A DNA stretch of 64,000 nucleotides from Candidatus Methanomethylicia archaeon (GTDB lineage: Archaea; Thermoproteota; Methanomethylicia; Nezhaarchaeales; B40-G2), in assembly GCA_029259155.1 (NCBI GenBank), contig JAPDJI010000020.1, positions 67,572 to 131,571 of the forward strand, read 5' to 3'. Below, piece after piece: positions 29,040-39,679 of the stretch (within the stretch, counting starts at the first letter, position 1; each line of letters begins with the position of its first letter). A model generated the notes under the pieces. It saw only the letters and a program-made list of their open reading frames with translations, was not told where the DNA came from and searched no databases. A program made the position numbers and the translations under genes.

Positions 29040-30080
29040 TGTTGCTAAGAAAACCTCGCTCCCTCCGATAGCGCTCGGCCTTCCTGCCCCGAGGGTACAT
29101 CGCGATAAGGGGCATAGCGGATCAGGCTCCTCGAAGGAGCCTGTCAGCGCGTAGGCTCTTGCTTTACAACCACCTCGACAGCGATCCCTCGCAGCGCAGG
29201 ACTTACATGTACTTGGAAGCTTAGCGGCAATCTCATTTATTAACGGATGCGCCAAGTACTCCCGCCATGCCTCCGCTACGCCTTTCTTAACATCCGAGAC
29301 AGGGATCCTTAACGTGTCGCAGACAGGGATTATGCCGCTGGGCAGTATGTCGAATGATCTGCGAGGGTTGCACTCATATACGTGGAAGTGCTTGGTCGGA
29401 CCTATGAGGTAAGCGAAGGGCGCACACCATATGGAAGCCTTGAAGCCCAAGAGATCCGCTGCGTCTCGAAGCGAGTAAAAGGCTTCGAGGAGCTCAGCTG
29501 AGCTCGGCAGAAAAGATGTGGTAGCAGCTCTCCCAGCCGGTATCACCGGTAGGAAAGCGGCGTAGCTTGAGCCCAGCTGCCTCGATAGCTCGAGGATAGA
29601 TGGTAGCTCACGTACATTAGCCCAGCTGATAGTTGTAACAGTTGCAAACTGTAGGCCTGCATCGCGAGCTAGCTTCAGCCCCCTAAGCAAGGCCTCCCAG
29701 CTTCCAGGTCCTCTGAATTTTTCATGGATCTTCTTCGCGGGGCCGTCTAGGCTCGTAAAGAGGAATATGTTGTGCTCAGCGAAAAAGTCGGCATCACTAG
29801 GGCTGAAGAGTGTCAAGTTAGACTGAACCGAGGAGCTTACACCGTTCGCTGACAGGATCTCAAGTACCTGGCGAAGAGGACGCCAAAGGAGCGGTTCACC
29901 CCCCGTTATCCCAACGGAGGAGGGAGCTAGTTCAACAAGCCCCTTAGCCACGGCTATTGCCTCGTCGGCACCTAGTTCACCGTGGACCCCTTCCATGTAG
30001 CAGTAAGCACAGGACATGTTGCATCGAGCTGTAACGAGCCAGATGACGAGGTCAGGAGGTGCGCTCACGCCACCCATCAC
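29034..30080 (-). CDS. Radical SAM/SPASM domain protein
   Basis: CNMSCAYC, TGGEPL and C-terminal CKSC...CRGGCKARA...DPLCP. Confidence 0.88.
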   Translation of the reverse strand: MMGGVSAPPDLVIWLVTARCNMSCAYCYMEGVHGELGADEAIAVAKGLVELAPSSVGITGGEPLLWRPLRQVLEILSANGVSSSVQSNLTLFSPSDADFFAEHNIFLFTSLDGPAKKIHEKFRGPGSWEALLRGLKLARDAGLQFATVTTISWANVRELPSILELSRQLGSSYAAFLPVIPAGRAATTSFLPSSAELLEAFYSLRDAADLLGFKASIWCAPFAYLIGPTKHFHVYECNPRRSFDILPSGIIPVCDTLRIPVSDVKKGVAEAWREYLAHPLINEIAAKLPSTCKSCAARDRCRGGCKARAYALTGSFEEPDPLCPLSRCTLGAGRPSAIGGSEVFLATS

Positions 30081-30279
30081 CCCGCGAGCGCGCCTTAACC
30101 TTCCCGAAAAGGCTGCACCCTTGCGCTAGAGGGAGCTGGCATAAATATTTAAACTCGTTGAGAACAAGGGCGGCAGCGCTTCGTAAACATCACTCCAGGC
30201 GTTCTGTTCTTTTAAATAGCCAGCCCTTAACGTTAAAGTGGCCGCTCAGACCGGGAAAACCCTCTCTGAAAAAAAAGCT

Positions 30280-32460
30280 CTAAGGAAGCCTCTCCTTCTC
30301 GCTTAACATGCCTAGCTGCTTAAGGATACTCTTAGCGGTCTCCACGCCAATAGTGGGTATCCTAGTCAGCTCCGTAATGGAGGCCTTAGCCAGGTCTTGA
30401 GGAGATCTATAGCCAGCGTTATAGAGGAGCCTTGCCCTAACCCTACCTATTCCTTCAAGCATGGTTAAAGGCAACAGCTCCTCGCGGCATCCTATCTTAA
30501 GTCTAAGCTCTAGGTTGTGAAGAGGCTGCAGGTGGTTCTGAAGGCCTAAAACCCTACATAACTCCTTAGCTGAGTAAGCCAGCCACCTAGCAGTCTGGGA
30601 GAGGCTGTAGATGTCTCCTGGGCCTACGCTACGTTCCTCGATGATGGAGTCCTCAGGCTTCTCCTCTACCCAGTCGTGGAGGATCAAGGAGGTCTTTAAG
30701 GAGGCCAGGTAGTCCTCATAGCCATAAGCATCTTCAAGAGGATCGGGAATAGGAAGCAGCATCTCAGAGGCATGTCGTTTAAGTAAAGGTTCAAGCCTCT
30801 TACGGTCCCCCCTCCTCAAGTAAACCTTAGGGATATCGGGGGTGCTACAGAGTAGATGTAAATACCCTAGAGGAGAGGTTGCAGGCTTGCCTGCAAGCCC
30901 TTCCCTGAGCACCACCGCCGACAACGGGTCTATGTATAGTTGAGACACGCGCTGCCCTAGCATGGTGGCCACTAACCCTGTAGGTGTGGAGGCTATGAAG
31001 CCTTCACGTTCGAGAAAAGCCAAGACTCTCTTAACGGCTGGGTAAGCGGTGTTAGGTCCGTATTGGTAAGCGTAGAAGGTGTTCTGTATGAAGGATGCTA
31101 GGTCCTGCTCAGCCACGATAGGGCTGGAGGCTATGAAAGCTAGGACGTGTGATCTAAGGGCAGGCTCACTCGCCAGCTTAGACCATATACGCTCCGGAGG
31201 AGCCAGTACGTAGTTTTCGAAAAGTGCTTCAAGCTCCCCTTGGCTCTTAGCCACCAAGATGGCTTCACCGTACTCGTCGAACTGAGGCCTACCAGCCCTA
31301 CCAGCCATTTGGTGAAACTCCAGCGTGGGGATGGGCCCGTAACCTAGCCCTGGGTCATAGCGCCTATAATCCTGAAGAACAACCCTCCTCGCAGGTAGAT
31401 TAACTCCAGCCGCTAGCGTTGGGGTGGCGCATACCACCTTCAACACACATGACCTAAACGCCTTCTCAACTATTTTCCTATGTGAAGGAGCTAGGCCTGC
31501 ATGGTGAAAAGCCACCCCAGCCCTGATGCACTCAGCTAGGCGCTGAGAGACTCTATTGACCTCCCCTTCGCTCAACACTTGGCCGGCAAGCTCATTTAAC
31601 GTAGACCTATCCTCCTGGCTTAGCGTCTTAGCTACGTGGCTCTTCACCCGGTCAGCGTAGGTAAGCGAAGACTGCCTCGTGTTGTTGAAAACTAGTGCCT
31701 GGCCGCCCTTAACAACCACGTCTGTCGCTAGGCCTACTACGGGGTCTACGCCTTTAGGTATGGGCGCTTCTACGACTGAGCCGTCGTTGAAGAAAAGCCT
31801 ACCGGCATGGTAGACCCCCATTTTAAGCGGCACAGGCCTCCACGAGCTTGTTACCAATTTAGCTCCTAGCCACTCTGCTATGTCTGCGGCGTTCCTTATC
31901 GTAGCGCTAAGCGCAATCAACTGAGCTTTAGGGTTGACCTGTCTAAGCCTCGCTAACACTACCTCGAGCGTTGGTCCCCTTGAAGCATCGCCTATAAGGT
32001 GGACCTCATCGGTCACCGCTACGGCCACCTCTTCGAGCCACTCAGCTCGATGCCTCAGGAGGCTATCGGCCTTTTCATTGGTAGCCACTATCACGTCGTA
32101 GCGTGAAAGCCAAGGATCGCTGCTATCGTAATCACCTGTCGAGACGGCCACCTTCAACCCTAGCTTTTCAAGCCCTGAAAACTCCTCGTACTTCTCTGAG
32201 GCTAAGGCCCTGAGAGGGACAAGGTAGAGAGCTTTGCCTTCACCGCTTAGGGTTTTCTTAAGCATGGCCATTAAGGCGACAAGGGTTTTCCCAGCCGCCG
32301 TTGGGACGGCTAAGACCATGTTTTCTCCTTCAAGCAAACCTTTCTCCACGGCCTCGACTTGAGGTGGATATAGCTCCTCTATACCGCTACTTCTAAGATA
32401 CTCCTTAGCCTTATCGGGTAGCCCTGACACCTCATCTATCTTTATTGAAGGCACCTCCAC
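30280..32460 (-). CDS. hel308: Ski2-like DNA helicase Hel308
   Basis: ELYPPQ, PTAAGKT, DEVH, LSATI, FHHAGL, TPTLAAGVNLPA, QMAGRAGRP and HhH GIGRVRAR; start set at GTG 32460. Confidence 0.94.
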   Translation of the reverse strand: MEVPSIKIDEVSGLPDKAKEYLRSSGIEELYPPQVEAVEKGLLEGENMVLAVPTAAGKTLVALMAMLKKTLSGEGKALYLVPLRALASEKYEEFSGLEKLGLKVAVSTGDYDSSDPWLSRYDVIVATNEKADSLLRHRAEWLEEVAVAVTDEVHLIGDASRGPTLEVVLARLRQVNPKAQLIALSATIRNAADIAEWLGAKLVTSSWRPVPLKMGVYHAGRLFFNDGSVVEAPIPKGVDPVVGLATDVVVKGGQALVFNNTRQSSLTYADRVKSHVAKTLSQEDRSTLNELAGQVLSEGEVNRVSQRLAECIRAGVAFHHAGLAPSHRKIVEKAFRSCVLKVVCATPTLAAGVNLPARRVVLQDYRRYDPGLGYGPIPTLEFHQMAGRAGRPQFDEYGEAILVAKSQGELEALFENYVLAPPERIWSKLASEPALRSHVLAFIASSPIVAEQDLASFIQNTFYAYQYGPNTAYPAVKRVLAFLEREGFIASTPTGLVATMLGQRVSQLYIDPLSAVVLREGLAGKPATSPLGYLHLLCSTPDIPKVYLRRGDRKRLEPLLKRHASEMLLPIPDPLEDAYGYEDYLASLKTSLILHDWVEEKPEDSIIEERSVGPGDIYSLSQTARWLAYSAKELCRVLGLQNHLQPLHNLELRLKIGCREELLPLTMLEGIGRVRARLLYNAGYRSPQDLAKASITELTRIPTIGVETAKSILKQLGMLSEKERLP

Positions 32461-32467
32461 GCATAAT

Positions 32468-34528
32468 CTAAGCGCGCTTAAAGTAGCCGTCCTTAGGTTC
32501 GTAGAGCGTGCCCTCGCTCTTAAGCTGTTTAATAGCCTTTTCAACGAAAGCTCTATCGAGCCCCTCCTCCTCAGCCTTCTTCATTATGTCCTCCTTGCTT
32601 ATCGGCATACCTCCCGACTCGCGTTCGAGGGTTACTATGATGTCCACCAGCTTGATGAACTTCTCCTGCTGAGACTTGGGCTTACCGACCATGATCAGGT
32701 CTATGTCCAGCGCCTTGGACGCCCTATCATAGCCTACCTGCCTCAACACGGCCTGCTCCAGCCTTATGGCTGCTTCAGCATCCTCTACTGTAGCCACGTC
32801 ACGTAAAGCTATCCTAGCCCTCGCCTCAGCCGCTCTCACCAGCGACTCCAGCTGCCTCAAAGTTATGGGCACAGGGGCGTCTGGGGCCTCGCTCTTAGCT
32901 CTAAGCTCTAGGAAGAAGGCCTTGATCCTCTCCATGGCCTCCCTGGATAGCCTTGGATGTACGTGGCGGCGAGCATAGGCAATGTACTTTCTCAGGAACT
33001 CCTCGGTGAAGGGAGCGCTCAGTGTAGGTGTAGGTGAAGATCGAAGCCTAAGCACGTAGTCAGCCATTTCCTCGTCACGCGCAGCATCAGGCTTATCGGT
33101 CAGGACGAAGATGAAGTCGAACCTCGAAAGTATGGTGACGGGCAAGTTGATGTTCTCGGCGATAGGCCTCTGGAACACGTAGCGTCCATAGGCAGGGTTG
33201 GCCGCTGCGAGGACTGAGGTTCTAGCGTTTAGCGTTGCAACTATGCCTGCCTTAGCTATACTAACTGTCTGCTGCTCCATGGCTTCATGTATAGCAATCC
33301 TATCCTCCGCCCTCATCTTATCAATCTCGTCGATGGCCGCCACCCCTCCATCAGCGAGAACCAAGGCTCCAGCCTCCAGGTAGAAGTCTCCTGCTGATCG
33401 ATCCCGCACCACCGTGGCCGTTAAGCCGGCAGCGGTCGACCCCTTACCTGAAGTGTACATCCCTCGAGGAGCTAGCTTAGCCACGTATTGGAGGAGCTGG
33501 CTTTTAGCCGTGCCAGGGTCCCCTATCAGGAGAACGTGGATATCGCCGCGCACCCTTATGCCATCGGGCAGGACCTTAGGTTCTCCTCCGAAAAGTAGGT
33601 AGGCTATGGCTTCCTTGACCTCCTCCATGCCGTAGACGGAGGGAGCGATGGACTTTATCACCTTCTCTACAACCGCAGGGTCCTTAGCGGCCTCCCTTAT
33701 CTTAACCTCGTCCTCAGGGGTTATCTCCACCTCTTCGACACCTTTCTCCGAGACCTCTATGTAGTTGAGGTTTAAGTGGGAGGAGAATGAGGCTAGCCTA
33801 CCTCTAGGCGTTGACTCCTGTAGAGGCTCCAACACCCCTACCGCCACTATACGGTCGCCCGGCCTAACCACGTCGACTAGATCCTCCGTCGCCACTGCCT
33901 CGATGGATCTTGGAAGCTGGCCTGGAGGTAGCTCTTCAGGCCTCTCCTGTATCGTTAACCTCTGCCAGTCTATGAAGCTGGACTCCTCGACTATGAGCTC
34001 GAAGGGGCCGCTTTTACCCGGACAGTCAGGGTTGGTACACCTACTTGGCGTGACCAGGAAGCGCTCAGTCTGCGGTACAACCATGCGTTCCTCGCATCTC
34101 TTACACCGAAACACCGCTTCGATGAGCTTGTGTTTAACCGTGCTTGCCCTAGTTAAGATGCCTTCCACCGCGATGAGCTTACCGAAGAGGTGTGCCCTTA
34201 TCTTCCTGATAGGGATGGTCTCAGGCAGCTTACGAAACCTTGCGTGGAAAACCTTCATCCTATCAGCGTAGGACGGGTTCTCCACGCGCATTACGTCAAG
34301 CACGGCCTTTGAAGCCTCGCCTAGCACGGCTTTAGGGTTATCGATGAGCATGGCTGCTAGGTCGGAGTTGAAGGATAAGAGGTCTTCAAAGTCGACGACT
34401 AGGGAGACGGACCCTGTAAGAGGCATCTCCCCTATCTTGTCCCTATACTTGTAGTCTCCTGAAGGGGTCTTGAAGGTCTTGAAGAACTCCACGAACATGC
34501 TCCTCGCGTCGATGTCAGCCACGTACAC
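32468..34528 (-). CDS. mcm: Replicative helicase MCM
   Basis: GDPGTAKSQ, GLTA.V, IDEIDKM, MEQQT and LSRFD motifs; C4 zinc motif; no intein. Confidence 0.97.
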   Translation of the reverse strand: MYVADIDARSMFVEFFKTFKTPSGDYKYRDKIGEMPLTGSVSLVVDFEDLLSFNSDLAAMLIDNPKAVLGEASKAVLDVMRVENPSYADRMKVFHARFRKLPETIPIRKIRAHLFGKLIAVEGILTRASTVKHKLIEAVFRCKRCEERMVVPQTERFLVTPSRCTNPDCPGKSGPFELIVEESSFIDWQRLTIQERPEELPPGQLPRSIEAVATEDLVDVVRPGDRIVAVGVLEPLQESTPRGRLASFSSHLNLNYIEVSEKGVEEVEITPEDEVKIREAAKDPAVVEKVIKSIAPSVYGMEEVKEAIAYLLFGGEPKVLPDGIRVRGDIHVLLIGDPGTAKSQLLQYVAKLAPRGMYTSGKGSTAAGLTATVVRDRSAGDFYLEAGALVLADGGVAAIDEIDKMRAEDRIAIHEAMEQQTVSIAKAGIVATLNARTSVLAAANPAYGRYVFQRPIAENINLPVTILSRFDFIFVLTDKPDAARDEEMADYVLRLRSSPTPTLSAPFTEEFLRKYIAYARRHVHPRLSREAMERIKAFFLELRAKSEAPDAPVPITLRQLESLVRAAEARARIALRDVATVEDAEAAIRLEQAVLRQVGYDRASKALDIDLIMVGKPKSQQEKFIKLVDIIVTLERESGGMPISKEDIMKKAEEEGLDRAFVEKAIKQLKSEGTLYEPKDGYFKRA

Positions 34529-34537
34529 CGCCTCCCG

Positions 34538-35071
34538 CTAAGCTTGAATCGAGGAGAGCCACTCATTGATCAGCGACTTGATCCTTTCAAAGAGGAACTT
34601 TTCCTCAGGCGTTAAGCTGTCGAGTAGTGACTTGGGAACTGAGGGTGAAAGAGCCGCCTGTACCAGCTTCTGTAGCCTACACCTCATGATATCTCTCACC
34701 TTCACCTCAGCCTGCCTCTTAAGCGCATGGGCCTCGATGTTGACCAGCGCCTCCCTGCTTAGCTGCTCTAGTAGAGCTCTTATCTTCGCGTAAAGCAACT
34801 CCTCAGCTGGCAGCAGGCTGGAAGAGCGCTCCTCCCTCCATGAAAGCTTCGATAGCGCTGCTACATCCATGCCTCCTTCATCAAGCACCTTGACGAAACC
34901 CTTCTCCTCAAGAATTGAGGCCAACCACCTCGGAACCTCAACCACAGCCCCCACCGGGAGGAGGTGGATAGGTCTATCTTCAAGTACCTCAGGCAAGGGC
35001 TTCACGATCTCAACCTTGACCTCCTCGACGAGGAGGGGGAGGTTTATACGTTTAACTTCACGAGCGCCCAT
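34538..35071 (-). CDS. GINS subunit (Gins23-type)
   Basis: VPRWLA..L...G, R.RL.K and LTPEE motifs; directly upstream of mcm. Confidence 0.85.
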   Translation of the reverse strand: MGAREVKRINLPLLVEEVKVEIVKPLPEVLEDRPIHLLPVGAVVEVPRWLASILEEKGFVKVLDEGGMDVAALSKLSWREERSSSLLPAEELLYAKIRALLEQLSREALVNIEAHALKRQAEVKVRDIMRCRLQKLVQAALSPSVPKSLLDSLTPEEKFLFERIKSLINEWLSSIQA

Positions 35072-35320
35072 AGGAAGACCTACTATATACAGCTAGGTGT
35101 GGGAAATTTCTTAAGCTTGTTCCTCGCCAAGGAAGCCCTACATAAAAACTGATGAGGAGTGCATTGAGCAATCATCGCCTATGGGCATGTGGAGGACGAG
35201 GACCACGGGCTAAGCCATAGCATGGCGTAACCCAGTTTAAACTTAAAGACCAAATTTATATTTCAGCCCCTATCTTCTCCTTCAGATGAGAAGCTTGTTA
35301 ATGGTATTGAGGGGCTAAGC

Positions 35321-36307
35321 TTGAGCTTTGAGGAAATGGTTTTATGGGTCGAGAAATATAGGCCCATGGTACTAGACGACATAGTCGACCAGAAGGACGT
35401 CGTGGAGCGCCTTAAACAGTTTGTTAAGTCCAGGAATATTCCTCATCTTTTATTCGTAGGTCCTCCAGGAACAGGCAAGACTACTGCTGCTCTATGCCTC
35501 GTCCACGAGCTTTACGGAGAGAACTGGAGGCAGCACACGCTTGAGCTAAACGCTAGCGATGAGAGAGGGATTCAGACGATAAGGGAGCGTGTCAAGGACT
35601 ATGCTAGGACTGTGTCGATGGGCGAGGTACCCTTCAAGGTGATCATACTTGACGAGTGCGACGCCATGACCGCTGACGCTCAGTGGAGCCTGAGGAGAAT
35701 AATGGAGATGTTCTGGAGGACCACCAGGTTCGCTCTGATAGCTAACTATGGCTCGAAGATAATAGAGCCCATCCAGTCCCGGTGCGCCATCTTCAGGTTC
35801 TCCCCGCTATCCAAGGACGACGTAGCCGGTAGGGTTAGGTACATAGCTGAGAAGGAAGGGGTGAAGCTCACGGACGACGGCCTTGAAGCCATCTGGAACG
35901 TTTCTGGAGGAGACCTTAGGAGAGCCATTAACGCCCTTCAAGCAGCCGCAGCGCTGGGCGGAGTAGTCGACGAGAAGACGGTGTATAAGGTGATAGGTAG
36001 AGCTACGCCCAAGGAGGTTAGGGAGATGGTGGAGAAGGCGCTAAGCGGAAAGTTCATGGAGGCGAGAGAAGCCCTATACAGGCTTATAATGGAGTATGGA
36101 CTTTCAGGGCCCGACATCGTTAGGCAGGTCCACACCGAGGTCTTCAACCTCAAGATACCTGAGGAGGCTAAGGCGGAGATAGCTAACATGGTGGGCGAGA
36201 TAGACCATAGGCTAGTAGAGGGAGCAAACGAGGACATCCAGCTTAGCGCTCTCCTCGCCCAGCTCGTAAAGTATGGGCAGTTATTGAGGCAGAAGAGCGC
36301 TGCGTGA
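35321..36307 (+). CDS. rfcS: Replication factor C small subunit
   Basis: WVEKYRP, GPPGTGKT, ELNASDERG and IIEPIQSRC motifs. Confidence 0.96.
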   Translation: MSFEEMVLWVEKYRPMVLDDIVDQKDVVERLKQFVKSRNIPHLLFVGPPGTGKTTAALCLVHELYGENWRQHTLELNASDERGIQTIRERVKDYARTVSMGEVPFKVIILDECDAMTADAQWSLRRIMEMFWRTTRFALIANYGSKIIEPIQSRCAIFRFSPLSKDDVAGRVRYIAEKEGVKLTDDGLEAIWNVSGGDLRRAINALQAAAALGGVVDEKTVYKVIGRATPKEVREMVEKALSGKFMEAREALYRLIMEYGLSGPDIVRQVHTEVFNLKIPEEAKAEIANMVGEIDHRLVEGANEDIQLSALLAQLVKYGQLLRQKSAA

Positions 36308-36320
36308 TAGGTGTAAGGGC

Positions 36321-37544
36321 TTGAGCGCCACCTACGTAGGAATCCCATGGGTCGATAAGTATAGGCCTAAGAAGATTAGCGATATCATAGGGAACCAGGA
36401 AGCAGTACAGCAGTTCGTAAGCTGGCTTAAAGCTTGGAAACCAGGCGCTAAGCCAGCCCTCCTCCACGGTCCTCCTGGGGTCGGCAAAACCGTAACAGTT
36501 GAAGTGGCGGCTCAGGAGCTTGGCTATGAGCTCATAGCGCTCAACGCCAGCGACGTCCGGTCGGCGGACGCTATTAAACGAACCCTAGGTCCAGCCTCAC
36601 ACTACGGCACGATCTTCGGCCAGCGGGGAAGGCTTATCTTCCTCGACGAGGTGGACGGGATCTCCACCGCAGAAGACCGTGGAGGACTCACCGCTGTACT
36701 CGAGCTGATAAGGGAGGCTAGGACCCCCATAGCGCTAGCCGCCAACGACCCCTGGGACCCTAAGCTTAGGCCGTTGAGGGAGGCCTGCTTAATGATAAGG
36801 TTCAATAAGGTAAGGGTTACGCAGCTCGTACCCTTCCTCAGAAAGATCTGTGAGGCTGAGGGGGTCAAGGCCGACGAAAGGGCGTTGAGGATAATAGCTG
36901 ACCTAGCCGAGGGCGATGTCAGGTCAGCCATAAACGACCTACAGGCGGTAGCTGGGGGGCGCAAGGTGCTCAAGCCAGAGGATGTAGAGTGGCTTAGAGC
37001 CAGGAACAGGCAGTACGGGGCTTTCGACGTGCTCAAGATGCTGTTTATGGCCAGGACCGCTAAGGAAGCGAAAGAAGTCATTAACAGCTCGCTTATCGAC
37101 TACGAAACCCTCCTACAATGGGTCCACGAAAACCTCCCCCTACAGTACACAGACCCTGAGGAGCTAGCTAAAGCCTACGACGCCCTGTCGCTCGCAGACG
37201 TGTACCTTGGCAGAGCTAAGCGTAAACAGCGGTGGGAGCTTCTACGCTACTTCTTCGACTTAATGACCGCTGGAGTGGCGCTGGCGAGGAAGGGTAAATA
37301 CCACTTTGTGAAGTACCAGTTCCCGAAGAAAATATTGATGATGTCTCGGACCAAGAAAGCTAGAGAGCTAAGAGAGGAAGCAGTTAGGATTATAGCTTCG
37401 AAGTGCCACCTCTCAAGGAGAGCAGCGAAGACAGAGATCTTGCCCTTCCTGAGCATCATGTTACCCACCCCTATGGGGCAGGGCATAGCTAAGTGGCTTG
37501 GGCTAAGCGACGATATGGTTAAAATACTAGTACATGAAGGCTGA
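36321..37544 (+). CDS. rfcL: Replication factor C large subunit
   Basis: WVDKYRP, GPPGVGKT, LNASD, DEVDG, GDVRSAINDLQ and W.HEN motifs. Confidence 0.94.
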   Translation: MSATYVGIPWVDKYRPKKISDIIGNQEAVQQFVSWLKAWKPGAKPALLHGPPGVGKTVTVEVAAQELGYELIALNASDVRSADAIKRTLGPASHYGTIFGQRGRLIFLDEVDGISTAEDRGGLTAVLELIREARTPIALAANDPWDPKLRPLREACLMIRFNKVRVTQLVPFLRKICEAEGVKADERALRIIADLAEGDVRSAINDLQAVAGGRKVLKPEDVEWLRARNRQYGAFDVLKMLFMARTAKEAKEVINSSLIDYETLLQWVHENLPLQYTDPEELAKAYDALSLADVYLGRAKRKQRWELLRYFFDLMTAGVALARKGKYHFVKYQFPKKILMMSRTKKARELREEAVRIIASKCHLSRRAAKTEILPFLSIMLPTPMGQGIAKWLGLSDDMVKILVHEG

Positions 37545-37559
37545 GAAGGGGGTTTTGGC

Positions 37560-37778
37560 TTGAGGCTTAAAGCCGTGGTCAAAACCCCGAGGAACGTCAG
37601 CAGGGGGCTAGCGATCCCTAAGGTCAGGGAAGGTAGAGGCTTCAGCGTTGGAGAGCTAAAGGAAGCTGGGTTAAGCGTAGCTAAGGCTAGGAAGCTGGGG
37701 CTATATGTCGATCTACGTAGGAGGTCTGTGCACCCAGAGAACGTAGAGGCTCTGAAAAACTTCATCAAGGAAAGCTAA
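37560..37778 (+). CDS. rpl13e: 50S ribosomal protein L13e
   Basis: [16 protein letters not shown]...ARKLG..VD.RRRS.H.ENVEAL. Confidence 0.9.
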   Translation: MRLKAVVKTPRNVSRGLAIPKVREGRGFSVGELKEAGLSVAKARKLGLYVDLRRRSVHPENVEALKNFIKES

Positions 37779-37779
37779 G

Positions 37780-38694
37780 CTAAAGGCAGTAGGGTTCCTT
37801 AAGCTCCACGGCTTTTCTCAATAACTCCTTGATCCCCTCCACGTCTCCTTTTCTTAAAGCCTCTTTAACCTCCAAGGTGTTATCCTCCCTCATCAAACAT
37901 GGCTTAAGCCTACCGTTAGCAGTCACCCTCATCCTAGAGCAACCCATACAGAAGCGGCCGTGAAAAGGCCTAATAACCTCCACCTCCTGTCCTTCGGGAA
38001 GCACGTACTTCCTACGGTTATGTAAAGACCTGAACACCACCTTTACAGCCTTGTTCTCCAGCCAGTTCTCGATAGGGGTTAAATCGTAGTATAGCTCGTC
38101 GTAGAGCTTTGAGGAAGCATACCCGAGCTTTTCAAGCTCTATGAGCTGTAGGATAGCAGGTACCTCAGCGGCGAAGTTTATCATCTCATGTATCTCGTCC
38201 ACGTTTAAGCCTTTGAGCACCACCATGTTTATCTTAATAGGCTCTAAGCCTGTTTTCGCCGCTTCGAATAAACCTCTCTTCACTTCCTCCATTAGGTCGA
38301 AGCCTGTTATACGTCGGTAGCGTTCAGGCTTAAGTGAAGGAAGGTTGACGTTCACTCTCTTTAGCCCAGCCCTTGCTAGGCTGGAGGCGTACTTGGCTAG
38401 GAGGGTGCCGTTAGTGGTCATAGACACCTCCACCACGCCGGGGGCCTTCGCCACCGCCTCCACCGCTTCCACCACGTCTTCCCTCATCAACGGCTCTCCA
38501 CCCGTCAACTTCACCTTTCTAATGCCCAGCTCCGCGGCAGCCTCCACGAGGAGGCTTAACTCAGAAGGCGTAAGCTCCACACCGGTGTAGATAGAGGTGC
38601 CTTCACGGTGGCAGTAGATACAGTTAAGGTTACACTTCTCGGTTATGGAGATGCGTAGCGTAGTTACCTTACGCCCAAATCTATCCAAGCACAC
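37780..38694 (-). CDS. moaA: GTP 3',8-cyclase MoaA
   Basis: DRFGR, LRISIT..CNLNCIYCHREG and FC.GCSR.RVT..G.LKPCL. Confidence 0.95.
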   Translation of the reverse strand: MCLDRFGRKVTTLRISITEKCNLNCIYCHREGTSIYTGVELTPSELSLLVEAAAELGIRKVKLTGGEPLMREDVVEAVEAVAKAPGVVEVSMTTNGTLLAKYASSLARAGLKRVNVNLPSLKPERYRRITGFDLMEEVKRGLFEAAKTGLEPIKINMVVLKGLNVDEIHEMINFAAEVPAILQLIELEKLGYASSKLYDELYYDLTPIENWLENKAVKVVFRSLHNRRKYVLPEGQEVEVIRPFHGRFCMGCSRMRVTANGRLKPCLMREDNTLEVKEALRKGDVEGIKELLRKAVELKEPYCL

Positions 38695-38704
38695 CTTCGA
38701 CGCC

Positions 38705-39238
38705 TTACCTGACCCCTTTTACCTCGGCGACTAGGTGTCCAGCCTCAGGTAAAATAAGTTTAGTTAGCGCTAGCCTAGCTGCGTGGGGCGAGCCAGGTAA
38801 TATGAATAGAACGGAGCCTCTGTAGATCCCCGCGCTAGCTCTACTAAGCATCGCTGCTGAGCCTACCTCTTCGAAGCTTAGATACCTAAAGAGCTCGCCA
38901 AACCCAGGTAGACACCTCTCTAATAGAGGGGTTAAGGTGTCCACGGAGATGTCTCTAGGCCCTAGCCCTGTGCCGCCGCTTACAAGCACTATTTCAGCTC
39001 CTTTAGCTAAGGCTTCCTCCACCTCCTTTACGAGCCTTTCACGGTCATTAGGGACTATAACCCTATGCACCAGTACGTGCCCAGCTGCCGACACCAGCTC
39101 CTCCATTAAGTCCCCGGTCTCATCATTTACGGGCAGGCCCTTGACGGCTCTTTCATGGAGGGAATCGCTAGTCACTATAACCGCGAACCTAACCTTCTCA
39201 GGAGCCTTCTCACGGTGTTTATGGACCGGAGAGCTCAT
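38705..39238 (-). CDS. moaB: Molybdopterin adenylyltransferase MoaB/MogA
   Basis: [26 protein letters not shown] and LPGSP motifs. Confidence 0.93.
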   Translation of the reverse strand: MSSPVHKHREKAPEKVRFAVIVTSDSLHERAVKGLPVNDETGDLMEELVSAAGHVLVHRVIVPNDRERLVKEVEEALAKGAEIVLVSGGTGLGPRDISVDTLTPLLERCLPGFGELFRYLSFEEVGSAAMLSRASAGIYRGSVLFILPGSPHAARLALTKLILPEAGHLVAEVKGVR

Positions 39239-39679
39239 GAGCTCCTCCCTTAACCTTGCTCTCTACCCGTATGCTCATTATCTCCGTGAATGGGTACTGG
39301 CCTCTTTCATCCTTCTCAAGCTTCTTCACCATATCCCAGATGGTTAGGAGAGCTACTGAAGCTGCCACCAACGCCTCCATCTCCACCCCTGTCTTAGCCA
39401 CAGACCTCACAGTAGCCTTCACCTCCACGGTGTCCTTGCCGGGCTTAAAGGATACCTTAACCGCGGTTATCGGTATCGGGTGGCATAGAGGTATGATCTC
39501 CGTGTCCTCTTAGCAGCCATAATAGCGGCTACCTGAGCCGTAGAGAACACGTCTCCCTTCTCCACCTCGCCCTTTAACATCGCCTTCAAGGTCTCCTCCC
39601 TGAGCTTTATCACCCCAATCGCGGTGGCTTCACGGTACTCCCCAGGCTTCTCCGTAATGTCTACCATCTTAACCGTCAA
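39219..39679 (-). pseudogene. moaC: Cyclic pyranopterin monophosphate synthase MoaC, split by a 1-nt deletion (or a sequencing error)
   Basis: MVDITEK...KGDV...AAIMAAKRT in one frame; [11 protein letters not shown]...KTGVEMEAL...TIWDMVK in another; break at ACA-CG-GAG (~39502). Confidence 0.88.

Noticed and set aside
35148-35216. CTGATGA followed by possible TTGA/CTAA boxes between GINS and rfcS
   Set aside because: No good D box, spacing or terminal stem; cannot be supported as a C/D RNA
32468-37544. Inteins in MCM or RFC
   Set aside because: Lengths are normal and Walker motifs are uninterrupted
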